From contig CAYIJG010000002.1 in the NCBI GenBank assembly GCA_964363685.1, forward strand, positions 2,377 to 34,498: a DNA stretch of 32,122 nt, in the 5' to 3' direction. Position 1 is the stretch's first letter. Each line of letters begins with the position of its first letter. The stretch comes from an uncultured Gammaproteobacteria bacterium (lineage in GTDB: Bacteria > Patescibacteriota > Patescibacteriia > Magasanikbacterales > GWA2-37-8). The notes under the pieces were generated by a model. It saw only the letters and a program-made list of their open reading frames with translations. It had not been told where the DNA came from and searched no databases. Shown piece by piece: positions 24,943-32,122 of the stretch. The position numbers and the translations under genes are program-made.

Positions 24943-25857
24943 ATGACTGTTCCCTTTATCAAATATTCTAAACTCTGGCTTGGCATAGTGATTGTTAGTA
25001 TGGTTATATCAGGTGTTATGCTTTTAAAATGGGGCTTAAAACCAGGTATTGATTTTACCGGAGGATCTTTGGTTGAATTGTCTTTTTCAAAAGAAAGACC
25101 TGCGTCTGAGGATATGCAACAAACTTTGATTGACAACGGCTTTAAACAAGCGGTAATTCAAAAGAGTGGTGATAATAGAATGATTATTCGTACTGAATTT
25201 TTATCTGAAGATAGACATGCTGTTTTGGTAAGTAGTGTTGAGAAAAAATTTGAAACAGCAGAGAATAATGTGATAGAAGATAGATTTGAAACTATTGGTA
25301 GCGTTATCAGTAAACAACTAAGAACTCGTTCAATTTGGGCTATTGCGCTTGTCAGTAGTAGTATTATTATTTTCCTAGCTTTTGCTTTTAGAAGTGTTTC
25401 TAAGCCGATTGCTAGTTGGAAATATGGTGTGGTTGCTATTCTTACTTTATTTTATGTGGTTGTAATCGTTTTGGGAGTATTTTCTGCTTTGGGAAGATTT
25501 AAGGGGGTAGAAGTAGATATTGCTTTTGTGGTGGCAATTCTCACTGTGCTTGGTTATTCTGTTAATGACAGTATTGTGGTGTATGATCGTATTCGTGAGC
25601 GACTGTTGAAACATAGAATAGACGATTTTGCCGAGTTGGTTAATACTGGGTTAAACGAAACCTTAGCTCGCTCCATCAATACGGTTTTTGCAGTCCTTTT
25701 ACCGCTTTTTGCTCTCTATTTCTTCGGTGGATCAACCGTGCATTATTTCTCTTTAGCTTTACTTCTCGGCATGGCTCTTAGTACCATTGCCTCTATATTT
25801 GTAGCTAGTCCGTTGCTCGTTTTGATTTATAGCTGGCAAGAAAAACACAGGGCTTAA
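24943..25857 (+). CDS. secF: Protein translocase subunit SecF
   Basis: GIDFTGGSLVEL, YSVNDSIVVYDRIRE, and six TM segments. The gap after secD is 6 nt. Confidence 0.9.
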   Translation: MTVPFIKYSKLWLGIVIVSMVISGVMLLKWGLKPGIDFTGGSLVELSFSKERPASEDMQQTLIDNGFKQAVIQKSGDNRMIIRTEFLSEDRHAVLVSSVEKKFETAENNVIEDRFETIGSVISKQLRTRSIWAIALVSSSIIIFLAFAFRSVSKPIASWKYGVVAILTLFYVVVIVLGVFSALGRFKGVEVDIAFVVAILTVLGYSVNDSIVVYDRIRERLLKHRIDDFAELVNTGLNETLARSINTVFAVLLPLFALYFFGGSTVHYFSLALLLGMALSTIASIFVASPLLVLIYSWQEKHRA

Positions 25858-25870
25858 TAATAACAAAATG

Positions 25871-25910
25871 AAAAACCCCGAGCCGTAGCTACGGCTCGGG
25901 GTTTTGTTTT
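25871..25910 (+). terminator. Strong rho-independent terminator after secDF
   Basis: Perfect 13-bp stem CCCCGAGCCGTAG/CTACGGCTCGGGG with essentially no loop, followed by TTTTGTTTT. Confidence 0.9.
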
Positions 25911-26014
25911 AGGTTAGGGGATGTGGTATAATATTTGGGAATAATGAAGTTTGAAATTTTTTACGATAACTGAATTCATAATTCTTAAATCTTAATTCAT
26001 AATTTTCGCTCACT

Positions 26015-26176
26015 ATGTCTGATGATACAATTCGTCATTTGGTTGCTATTTGCGCCACTCTTATCTGCGCTTTAGCCTATTATAGCGGCTGGATATCAAG
26101 CGAGTTCGGTTGGTGGTGGACGGTTTTTGCTGTATTTATTGTTTACGGAGGAATTTTTAAAATTCTTAAGCACTAG
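26015..26176 (+). CDS. Small two-TM membrane protein (53 aa), absent from the ORF track
   Basis: An ATG at 26015 opens a frame to the TAG at 26174-26176: MSDDTIRHLVAICATLICALAYYSGWISSEFGWWWTVFAVFIVYGGIFKILKH. An extended -10 element TGGTATAAT at 25924-25932 lies upstream. The next gene starts 14 nt downstream. Confidence 0.5.
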   Translation: MSDDTIRHLVAICATLICALAYYSGWISSEFGWWWTVFAVFIVYGGIFKILKH

Positions 26177-26190
26177 CGCTTAATTTTTGT

Positions 26191-27639
26191 ATGCCACCTC
26201 TATTTGATCTTCCATTTAATGTTTCTGTGGATCTTTCTGTTTGGGGAACGATTCTCAATTTACCAACCTTTGAGTTAATCAGAGTCCTTTTTGCTATCGC
26301 TGGCTGGACTCCGCTGGCTTTAGTTCTTTTTTATTTAGGATCACATCTCTGGTTAGAACTAAAAGAAGACCTCTATAAACATCATTGGCAGTGGGTAGTT
26401 TTGGCGATAGATGTTCCTGTTGATACCGTACAAAGCCCAAAGGCGGTAGAGCAGATATTTTCCCAACTTAGTGGTGCCTTTGCCGATCCAAATTTTGGTG
26501 AAAAATATTGGGGTGGAGTCAAAGAAAGATGGTTTAGTTTTGAAATTATTAGTTTAGAAGGATATATCCAATTTTTAGTTTACACCGAAATTAAATTTCG
26601 AGATTTGGTGGAAGCGGCTGTCTATGCACAATATCCAATGGCAGAAATAACCGAAGTGGAGGATTATGTTAGTGTTATCCCAGATAAATATCCAAACGAA
26701 ACCCACGATATGTTTGGGGTGGAGTTTGGACTCGTAGCTGAAGATCCGTATCCGATTAGAAACTATGATGAGTTTGAGCATAATATTTCTAAAGACGTAA
26801 CATTCGCTGACCCGATGGCTGCGGTTTTAGAAAATTTTACTCGTATTGGTGCAGGAGAAAATTTATGGCTACAAATTATTATTGAGCCTGTTTCTGGTCA
26901 ATGGAAAAAGAAGGGGATAGATATTGTCAAAGGCACCTTGCAACACAAAGGACAAGAGTTGGTAAAGAGTATAGTAGAGAATAAAAAACCACACCACGAA
27001 CAACACTTTTTTCTCAAATGGATTAATATTGGTTTAGATACAATTATTCACCAAGTTATTCCACCCCATGAAGATGAGCATGGCGCTAAAACAGAAGTTC
27101 CTAAAGACGGCAAGGTGTCTGACATGACACCAGGTTTAAAGGATACTGTGAAAGCTATAGAAGAAAAGATAAGCAAGGTTGGGTTTAAGACAAAAATTAG
27201 AGCTATGTACGCAGCCAATAAAGAAGTCTTTAATCCAAGCCGTTGTTTAGATGGTCTTGTGGGTGCCTTTAGTCAGTTTAGTTATCCACAGCGCAATGGG
27301 ATCGTACCAAAAGGTACCACTTCGGCTCACTATGCTTTCAAAAAAAGTAAGATTGCTCATCTCAAGAGAGATTTTGTTAAGGCTTATAAAAAAAGAAAAC
27401 TTAAAATGGGAAAAAATCCTTATATTCTTAATGTGGAAGAACTAGCTACGATTTGGCACTTTCCATTACCGCTTGTTAAAGCTCCGTTATTGCAAAAGAC
27501 TGGTAGTAAGCGCGCGGAAGCTCCTATTAATCTTCCAGTAGAAGTATTTTCTGAGAGTCCTCTAAAAAAGAAAGTAGTGGTAGCGCCTGAACTGGAAGAA
27601 GAAAAGAAAGACGAACCGCCGGAATTGATGTGGGGATAA
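26191..27639 (+). CDS. Membrane-anchored conserved hypothetical protein
   Basis: 482 aa with N-terminal TM segments, then VVLAIDVPVDTVQSPKAVEQIFSQLSGAF...AVYAQYPMAEITEVEDY...LATIWHFPLP. From memory this resembles a family common in reduced-genome bacteria. Function unknown. Confidence 0.7.
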   Translation: MPPLFDLPFNVSVDLSVWGTILNLPTFELIRVLFAIAGWTPLALVLFYLGSHLWLELKEDLYKHHWQWVVLAIDVPVDTVQSPKAVEQIFSQLSGAFADPNFGEKYWGGVKERWFSFEIISLEGYIQFLVYTEIKFRDLVEAAVYAQYPMAEITEVEDYVSVIPDKYPNETHDMFGVEFGLVAEDPYPIRNYDEFEHNISKDVTFADPMAAVLENFTRIGAGENLWLQIIIEPVSGQWKKKGIDIVKGTLQHKGQELVKSIVENKKPHHEQHFFLKWINIGLDTIIHQVIPPHEDEHGAKTEVPKDGKVSDMTPGLKDTVKAIEEKISKVGFKTKIRAMYAANKEVFNPSRCLDGLVGAFSQFSYPQRNGIVPKGTTSAHYAFKKSKIAHLKRDFVKAYKKRKLKMGKNPYILNVEELATIWHFPLPLVKAPLLQKTGSKRAEAPINLPVEVFSESPLKKKVVVAPELEEEKKDEPPELMWG

Positions 27640-27711
27640 ATTTGCTCTATTTTTAAATTGCTAATATTAGCCAAAATATATAGCATCTCGTGGATAAGTC
27701 CAGCTTTACTA

Positions 27712-27740
27712 TTGACAAAATGGGTAATTTATAGTATACT
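27712..27740 (+). promoter_or_regulatory. Consensus-like sigma-70 promoter (TTGACA-17 nt-TATACT) driving the orphan ncRNA
   Basis: TTGACA at 27712-27717 and TATACT at 27735-27740, with a 17-nt spacer. The architecture and the upstream TACTATTGACAAA match the promoter at 8114. Confidence 0.65.
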
Positions 27741-27746
27741 GTTTTA

Positions 27747-28417
27747 TTAAGTCTAAAAAACTTAATTTGTTCTTTAAATTAAATATCGAGTCCCGCAATA
27801 CCGCTTATGTTTATAAATTTAGTTTTATAGGTATAAACGGTGTTGTGGGAGGTACCCCCGCAGACATCGGGTCTGAACAGATCACGGTTTGGGAGCGCTT
27901 CTTCATGGATGCGTTTACCCCACCGGGTAGAGTATTTCTGTTCTGACTTACGGTCGAAAAGTCACTTGTTTCGTTTCGTAGAGATGGGTCGGGTCGCCTG
28001 CGCGACCAACAGTCCCATAAGGTGGACTGAGCTGACTGCGGTTCTTGTCTTTGTGAGTACGGTTACGTGACATGCGCGGTCGTCGGCGACTGGAACTGTG
28101 GGAGCTATCGAGCTCCAAATGTGCAAGAGATAGGGGTAGTGGACAGCTTGTCAAAAAGCTGGGAGTCGATTTGCGTGAAATCGATCTCCACAATGGCGCT
28201 TCTAAAGGCCATTCGTTCTATGGGTTGGACTGACAAAACCGTCAGCAACCTGAAAAGTCACGGACACGAAAGTGCCAAAAAATAGTCTGCGCTGACTGAA
28301 GGTCAGGCGTGGAGGGTCACGGCGCCTATAAAGCCGATTTCTTTGTTCATTTTTAAAAAGATGAAAGATGAACGAAGAAAAAATAAAAACAGCTGTTACA
28401 GCTGTTTTTATTTTTGT
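27747..28417 (+). ncRNA. Unclassified large structured RNA (about 650 nt) with its own promoter and terminator
   Basis: The GC-rich block at roughly 27840-28330 contains no protein-like ORF. At least eight local hairpins can be read: 27861-27875, 27984-28018, 28101-28116, 28144-28161, 28162-28189, 28192-28213, 28230-28245 and 28292-28306. The decamer GAAAAGTCAC occurs at 27956 and 28252. A 12-bp hairpin lies at 28339-28379 and a terminator at 28380-28417. No downstream plus-strand gene follows. Confidence 0.6.
28380..28417. terminator. Bidirectional rho-independent terminator shared by the plus-strand ncRNA and the minus-strand B12 operon
   Basis: AAAAACAGCTG-TTA-CAGCTGTTTTT is flanked by an A-run on the left and a T-run on the right, so it reads as a hairpin plus U-tract on both strands. 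Confidence 0.8.
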
Positions 28418-28467
28418 TTAGGTTTTGACTAATATATAATAATCTAGTCCACCTTATTTATTGAGAC

Positions 28468-28995
28468 CTATTTTAGAAACACGGGGTTGCTTCGTCGCTG
28501 TACTCCTCGCAATGATATAATTAATTCCATCCCACCAACCAAAACTCCAACATAAAATAAATCTCCAAGAAGACTATTTCTAAAGAACGGTAGGGCCATC
28601 ACATAGCTTTGTAAGAGACCGTTTAGTGAATGTGGGTACATAGTGCCAAAAGCCCAAACGGCCCAATTGGTAGTGATAAAGAAAATGATACTTGCTATCA
28701 ATGTTCCTCCTAGCACAGCGTGAAACTTCTTATTATTTTTGATCGCTAAACCAATTAGGCCTGTAACAATAAAAGCCAAATAAACAGTAAGCATAATTTG
28801 CCATTGGTAAGAACCAAGTACAATGTCGCTTAAGACTACCGCAGTCAGAGGAATTATAAGCGCCCATTTTTTTGGTAAGTATATTCCGGCAAACAAAGCG
28901 ATACCGGCAATGGGCGCGAAGTTGGCTGGATGGGGGAGAAGTCTGGAGAACAGGCCAAGGACTATGAGAAGAAAAGCAGGGAGATATTTTTGCAT
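28468..28995 (-). CDS. Small polytopic membrane protein (about 5-6 TM), candidate vitamin substrate-capture/transport component (DUF6580-like)
   Basis: 175 aa and hydrophobic throughout. It is the last gene of the riboswitch-controlled operon, with a 4-nt gap to the upstream gene. The family assignment is from memory and is tentative. Confidence 0.6.
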   Translation of the reverse strand: MQKYLPAFLLIVLGLFSRLLPHPANFAPIAGIALFAGIYLPKKWALIIPLTAVVLSDIVLGSYQWQIMLTVYLAFIVTGLIGLAIKNNKKFHAVLGGTLIASIIFFITTNWAVWAFGTMYPHSLNGLLQSYVMALPFFRNSLLGDLFYVGVLVGGMELIISLRGVQRRSNPVFLK

Positions 28996-28999
28996 ATGT

Positions 29000-30910
29000 C
29001 TATTTTTTTAAAGATTTTAACCCTAAATAAACTCCAATAACTAATGCGCCACCGCCGGAAACTGCTAAAATTATTCTTACTATATCTTGATTTTTGTTTT
29101 TCGGTTCTATATTTTCTGGTAAAACCGCAGATATTTTTTCAGGTTCGCTTTGAGTTGTTTGAGCAAGTTTTGTTTGAACGGTCGGCAAAGTATTTTTTGC
29201 TATTAATTTTTTTGGTTTGGTAATTACTGATTTTATAACCTCTGTTTCTCTTGTTATTTTTTCACCCAAGACTTCGCCCGTTGTAGTTGTTTGGTACGGA
29301 GTGGAAGTTTCTATAATAACTATAATAGGTGTAGTTGTTGGTGTGCTGGTAGGGGTTATTATACTAGTTGTTGGGGTGGAAGTCGAGGGTGTGCCAGAGC
29401 CTCCAGAAGACGCAGAATTGGCTATATTTTGAGTGGCAGCAAGCGGAGTAAGGATTATAGGCCAAGACTTGCCCAGGAGGGCTGGAACAGCGTGTTTTGT
29501 GGCAAACCAGTCTATACCATCGGCGCTCCAAGGGCTAGTGTAGTAGCCGTTATTTGTCAGTTGATTAGTGAGAACTGTCCAAGGGTTTTTACCTTGAGGA
29601 CTTGTCCATTGTGATTGGCCTTCTCCCAGGGAATTTAGGCCATACATTGCCCAAGCGGTAGTGAGTGAATCAGAAGCGCCAAAACCCCAACCACCATCAA
29701 CGAGCTGAGTCGAGTGTAAATAATTTTTGGCTTTATCAAAGATTGAGCTGTCTATTGTTATACCGAAAGTAGAAGAGTATTTTAAGGCATTGATGGCCGC
29801 GCCAGTCACATCTTGTCCAGACCATCCGTTCCAAGTAAAAGATCCGTCTGTTTGTTGATCTGTTTTGATAGTATTGATAGCTGTTTGGATTATCTCAGAG
29901 CTTGCGTTTTCATCTGTTGCAAGTAAGGCTAATAAAATAAAAATGTCATCGTTGATGCCAGCTTGGCCAACCTGGTTATTTGCTAGACATTCTGTTTTGA
30001 TTTTATTTTTTAGATCAATAACTTGAGTATTGGTTTTGGCAGTTCCACCCGCTAGTAAGCCCAGTATATGCCTTGGATATTCTGCGCAGTTATTTAGCGT
30101 GCCTGTGTCTTGAGTTATCAAAGTATTATTTAAATAATCGTAGAGAGATAAAGTGGTATTTTTTATTTCATTAGCATAAGTATTGTTAGCGCCAAATGAC
30201 ATTGCCGACCAGTCAGATGTTTGTAAATCTATAATACTGCCATTTTCAAGCTGGTTTGATTTTAAGAAGTTTAAGATTTTTTGGATGGAATTATTTATCT
30301 CATTATTATTTATAAATATTTGGGTTTGAGTATTACCTCCGCTCCCATTAGTCTGAATTTGTTCGGTAGAAGAGGTGTTAGTTTCGGTGGTTGTATTAGA
30401 AATAGTAGTAGTGGCGACGTCTATTGTAGAAGTGGTTGTGGTATTTGTTTCTACTGTGGATGTAGGTGTTAAATTTGCGTCAGTTGATGAAGTTAAGTTC
30501 GTATCAGGTGGAGTTGTAGTAGTGACAGTATCTGTTGTAGAAGTTACAATATTATTTATAAATATTTGGGTTTGAGTATTACCTCCGCTCCCATTAGTCT
30601 GAATTTGTTCGGTAGAAGAGGTGTTAGTTTCGGTGGTTGTATTAGAAATAGTAGTAGTGGCGACGTCTATTGTAGAAGTGGTTGTGGTATTTGTTTCTAC
30701 TGTGGATGTAGGTGTTAAATTTGCGTCAGTTGATGAAGTTAAGTTCGTATCAGGTGGAGTTGTAGTAGTGACAGTATCTGTTGTAGAAGTTACAATTTCA
30801 GGTGTTGAACTTACTATAGGGGCAATCTCGTCCGCTTTGGCAGGTAAAATCCAAAATAAACAGCCTAGGATGACCAGAGTTTTTAAAATGTTTAATTTAT
30901 TTGCGGACAT
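29000..30910 (-). CDS. Surface-anchored prenyltransferase/terpene-cyclase-like alpha/alpha-toroid repeat protein with a duplicated Thr-rich stalk
   Basis: Signal peptide LVILGCLFWILPAKA; two identical 82-aa Thr/Asn-rich units; toroid repeats QLENGS, QQTDGSFTWNGW and QLVDGGWGFG; a Thr/Pro linker; C-terminal TM segment ILAVSGGGALVIGVYLGL. Confidence 0.75.
   Translation of the reverse strand: MSANKLNILKTLVILGCLFWILPAKADEIAPIVSSTPEIVTSTTDTVTTTTPPDTNLTSSTDANLTPTSTVETNTTTTSTIDVATTTISNTTTETNTSSTEQIQTNGSGGNTQTQIFINNIVTSTTDTVTTTTPPDTNLTSSTDANLTPTSTVETNTTTTSTIDVATTTISNTTTETNTSSTEQIQTNGSGGNTQTQIFINNNEINNSIQKILNFLKSNQLENGSIIDLQTSDWSAMSFGANNTYANEIKNTTLSLYDYLNNTLITQDTGTLNNCAEYPRHILGLLAGGTAKTNTQVIDLKNKIKTECLANNQVGQAGINDDIFILLALLATDENASSEIIQTAINTIKTDQQTDGSFTWNGWSGQDVTGAAINALKYSSTFGITIDSSIFDKAKNYLHSTQLVDGGWGFGASDSLTTAWAMYGLNSLGEGQSQWTSPQGKNPWTVLTNQLTNNGYYTSPWSADGIDWFATKHAVPALLGKSWPIILTPLAATQNIANSASSGGSGTPSTSTPTTSIITPTSTPTTTPIIVIIETSTPYQTTTTGEVLGEKITRETEVIKSVITKPKKLIAKNTLPTVQTKLAQTTQSEPEKISAVLPENIEPKNKNQDIVRIILAVSGGGALVIGVYLGLKSLKK
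30304..30796. repeat. Perfect tandem duplication, 2 x 246 bp, inside the toroid-protein gene
   Basis: The sequence from about 30304 repeats exactly from 30550. The two antisense ORFs at 30375 and 30621 have identical N-terminal sequences and lie 246 bp apart. Confidence 0.9.
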
Positions 30911-31457
30911 ATTTCCAAGTTATTATATCGTTAGCTTTAATAAAGTAGTTTGAAACGCCAACTTTTGCTTCTTGATTATTTATATATAATGTCCAGTAAA
31001 ATCCCGTTGAGGGACTGTTTTTTAGGCCATTAATCTCTTCTACAAAATAGCCTAAGCCGGAAAAGTTTTTGGTGGAAAATGAGATTTGCCCAAATTCTCT
31101 TAGACTGCTCATGGCTTCGTAGGCAGATGAGCTAGGCTTAACCGCTGTCTTATAGTCTTTATTTTCGATTACAATTGTTATTGGTACAGTTTCTGGTTTT
31201 TGTTTTTCGAGTGTTGCGCTGGTAGTTGTTGTGGGTGGAGGAGATTCTGTTTTTTTATCAACCGGTTTATTAGTTTTTTTGTTTTCCAGGACAGCTGGTT
31301 TTATATCCTCTTGTTGTATATTTATGTTAGGTGTAGAAGTTGGATTTGAAATTTTAGAAACGGCAGTTTGATTATTTTGAGTAGAAAATAAATATGCCGA
31401 AGCAGAAACAAATATAAAAATTAGCATTATTAGTAGTCGGTGGAGTGATTTTATCAT
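30897..31457 (-). CDS. Secreted DUF4430 (transcobalamin-like C-terminal/beta domain) protein
   Basis: Signal/anchor peptide LLIMLIFIFVSASAYLF, then a Thr/Pro linker, then the DUF4430 pattern SGLGYFVEEINGLKNSPSTGFYWTLYINNQEAKVGVSNYFIKANDIITWKY. It overlaps the next gene by 14 nt. Confidence 0.7.
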   Translation of the reverse strand: MIKSLHRLLIMLIFIFVSASAYLFSTQNNQTAVSKISNPTSTPNINIQQEDIKPAVLENKKTNKPVDKKTESPPPTTTTSATLEKQKPETVPITIVIENKDYKTAVKPSSSAYEAMSSLREFGQISFSTKNFSGLGYFVEEINGLKNSPSTGFYWTLYINNQEAKVGVSNYFIKANDIITWKYVRK

Positions 31458-31553
31458 ATTTAGATTCGTGGTTATCCGCCGTCGCTAAAGCTTTGGCGGA
31501 TTGTTAATTGACACAAAATTTATTACGCTCGAGCTTATAAATTTTGGTCATTA

Positions 31554-31584
31554 ACAAAAAAATCTTTACCGGTCAGGAAAGATT
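31554..31584 (-). terminator. Riboswitch expression-platform terminator (weak, AU-rich stem plus U-tract)
   Basis: The minus-strand RNA reads AAUCUUU-CCUGACCGGU-AAAGAUU followed by UUUUUGU. The upstream CAGGAAA (31608-31602) can alternatively pair with UUUCCUG (31580-31574), giving an antiterminator/terminator competition. Confidence 0.45.
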
Positions 31585-31589
31585 AAAAA

Positions 31590-31795
31590 ATATAAGAATA
31601 TTTTCCTGCTCGGGACGCAACTTCGCTCATGAAGTTGTATATCTGAAGACCGGACTTCCAAGTTAAAATTAAACTTGGTTTACCGTTGCGGCACAGTAGA
31701 GGAATTCCTCGCCTCGTCGAAGTTTCAACGTAGACGGGTCACCTCACTTCCACAGATATATAATTAAATTGTCCCTTTAGACTACCACCCGTATA
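31590..31795 (-). promoter_or_regulatory. Cobalamin riboswitch
   Basis: The minus-strand RNA contains GGUGGUAGUCUAAAGGGACAA, GAGGAAUUCCUC, CUGUGCCGCAACGGUAAA (the CCCGCAACUGUA-like core) and, after a hairpin, AAGUCCGGUCUUCAG (B12-box-like). Its position upstream of a DUF4430 gene fits known B12 regulons. The GCCACUG element of the long class I form was not seen. Confidence 0.7.
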
Positions 31796-31810
31796 TAACG
31801 CTGTCAAAGT

Positions 31811-32122
31811 TTAGGTGTGGATAATTTTTGCGCAAGTGACAGTATTGAGAAGTAGTTTTGCGACCGTAATTGGACCAATACCGCCCGGGGTAGGAGTGAT
31901 GAAGCTGGTCTTTTTTGAGACATTTACAAAATCAACATCGCCTTGCATGATTCCATTTATATAAACAATACCAGTATCAATTACAATTGCATTTTTTTTC
32001 ACCATGTCGGCGGTGATTAGGTTTTGCTTTCCAACTGCCGAAACAATTACATCCGCTTCCAAGCATTTCTTTTTTACATCCTTAGTGTGGGTGTTGCAGG
32101 TGGTAACACTTGCCAGTTCGTT
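31811..32122 (-). CDS. folD: Bifunctional methylenetetrahydrofolate dehydrogenase/cyclohydrolase FolD (C-terminal part; the gene runs off the window)
   Basis: EADVIVSAVGKQNLITADMVKKNAIVIDTGI...GDVDF...ITPTPGGIGPITVAKLL. The frame remains open to the window edge. Confidence 0.85.
   Translation of the reverse strand, partial: NELASVTTCNTHTKDVKKKCLEADVIVSAVGKQNLITADMVKKNAIVIDTGIVYINGIMQGDVDFVNVSKKTSFITPTPGGIGPITVAKLLLNTVTCAKIIHT

Noticed and set aside
27840-28285. ORFs of 76, 81 and 72 aa inside the GC-rich block (27840-28070 +, 27948-28193 -, 28067-28285 +)
   Set aside because: The translations are Ser/Arg-rich with no hydrophobic periodicity. The ORFs overlap each other on both strands and lack RBSs, and the region is packed with hairpins. 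I interpret it as RNA, not coding sequence.
27747-28417. Identity of the large ncRNA as RNase P RNA, tmRNA, SRP RNA or an ORF-less group II intron
   Set aside because: I searched by eye for GAGGAAAGUCC and ACAGAACCCGGCUUA, for a tRNA-like T-arm/CCA end and tag ORF, for GGAAGCAGCC, and for a domain V GNRA-capped 34-mer. Only weak partial resemblances were seen (GAAAAGUCAC, ACAGAUCACGGUUU). A divergent RNase P RNA cannot be fully excluded without a covariance-model search.
30304-30796. Possible CRISPR array or satellite
   Set aside because: There are only two long (246-bp) identical units with no spacers, and they lie in frame inside a coding sequence. This is an intragenic tandem duplication.
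30375-30953. Plus-strand Val-rich ORFs (30375-30575, 30621-30953), and similar antisense ORFs at 29217-29614 and 13524-14087
   Set aside because: These are antisense readings of Thr-rich (ACN) stalk-coding repeats, which give poly-Val (GTN). They are not genes.

Overview
The window is AT-rich and gene-dense, with short intergenic gaps. From the gene content I infer a reduced-genome, vitamin-scavenging bacterium, possibly CPR/Patescibacteria-like; this taxonomy is not proven. Housekeeping genes: secA, secD, secF, a DEAD-box helicase, thymidine kinase, a zwf-gnd fusion, a partial folD, a NUDIX hydrolase and an ABC-2 exporter pair. Accessory content: (1) An FMN riboswitch leads an EamA/DMT transporter on the minus strand. 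(2) A low-GC cluster encodes a RelA/SpoT-domain enzyme, a DUF2000 protein, an APH-type kinase and an HExxH protein. (3) A roughly 430-bp high-GC island carries one small gene of foreign codon usage. (4) Two cell-surface repeat proteins, one a 1136-aa LVIVD propeller protein. (5) A roughly 650-nt orphan GC-rich structured RNA has its own consensus promoter and terminator, and I cannot assign it to any RNA family. (6) A cobalamin-riboswitch-controlled minus-strand operon encodes a DUF4430 protein, a prenyltransferase-like alpha/alpha-toroid surface protein and a small membrane protein; together they resemble a split, surface-anchored transcobalamin-like B12 capture system. No rRNA, tRNA, CRISPR array, transposase or integrase was seen.
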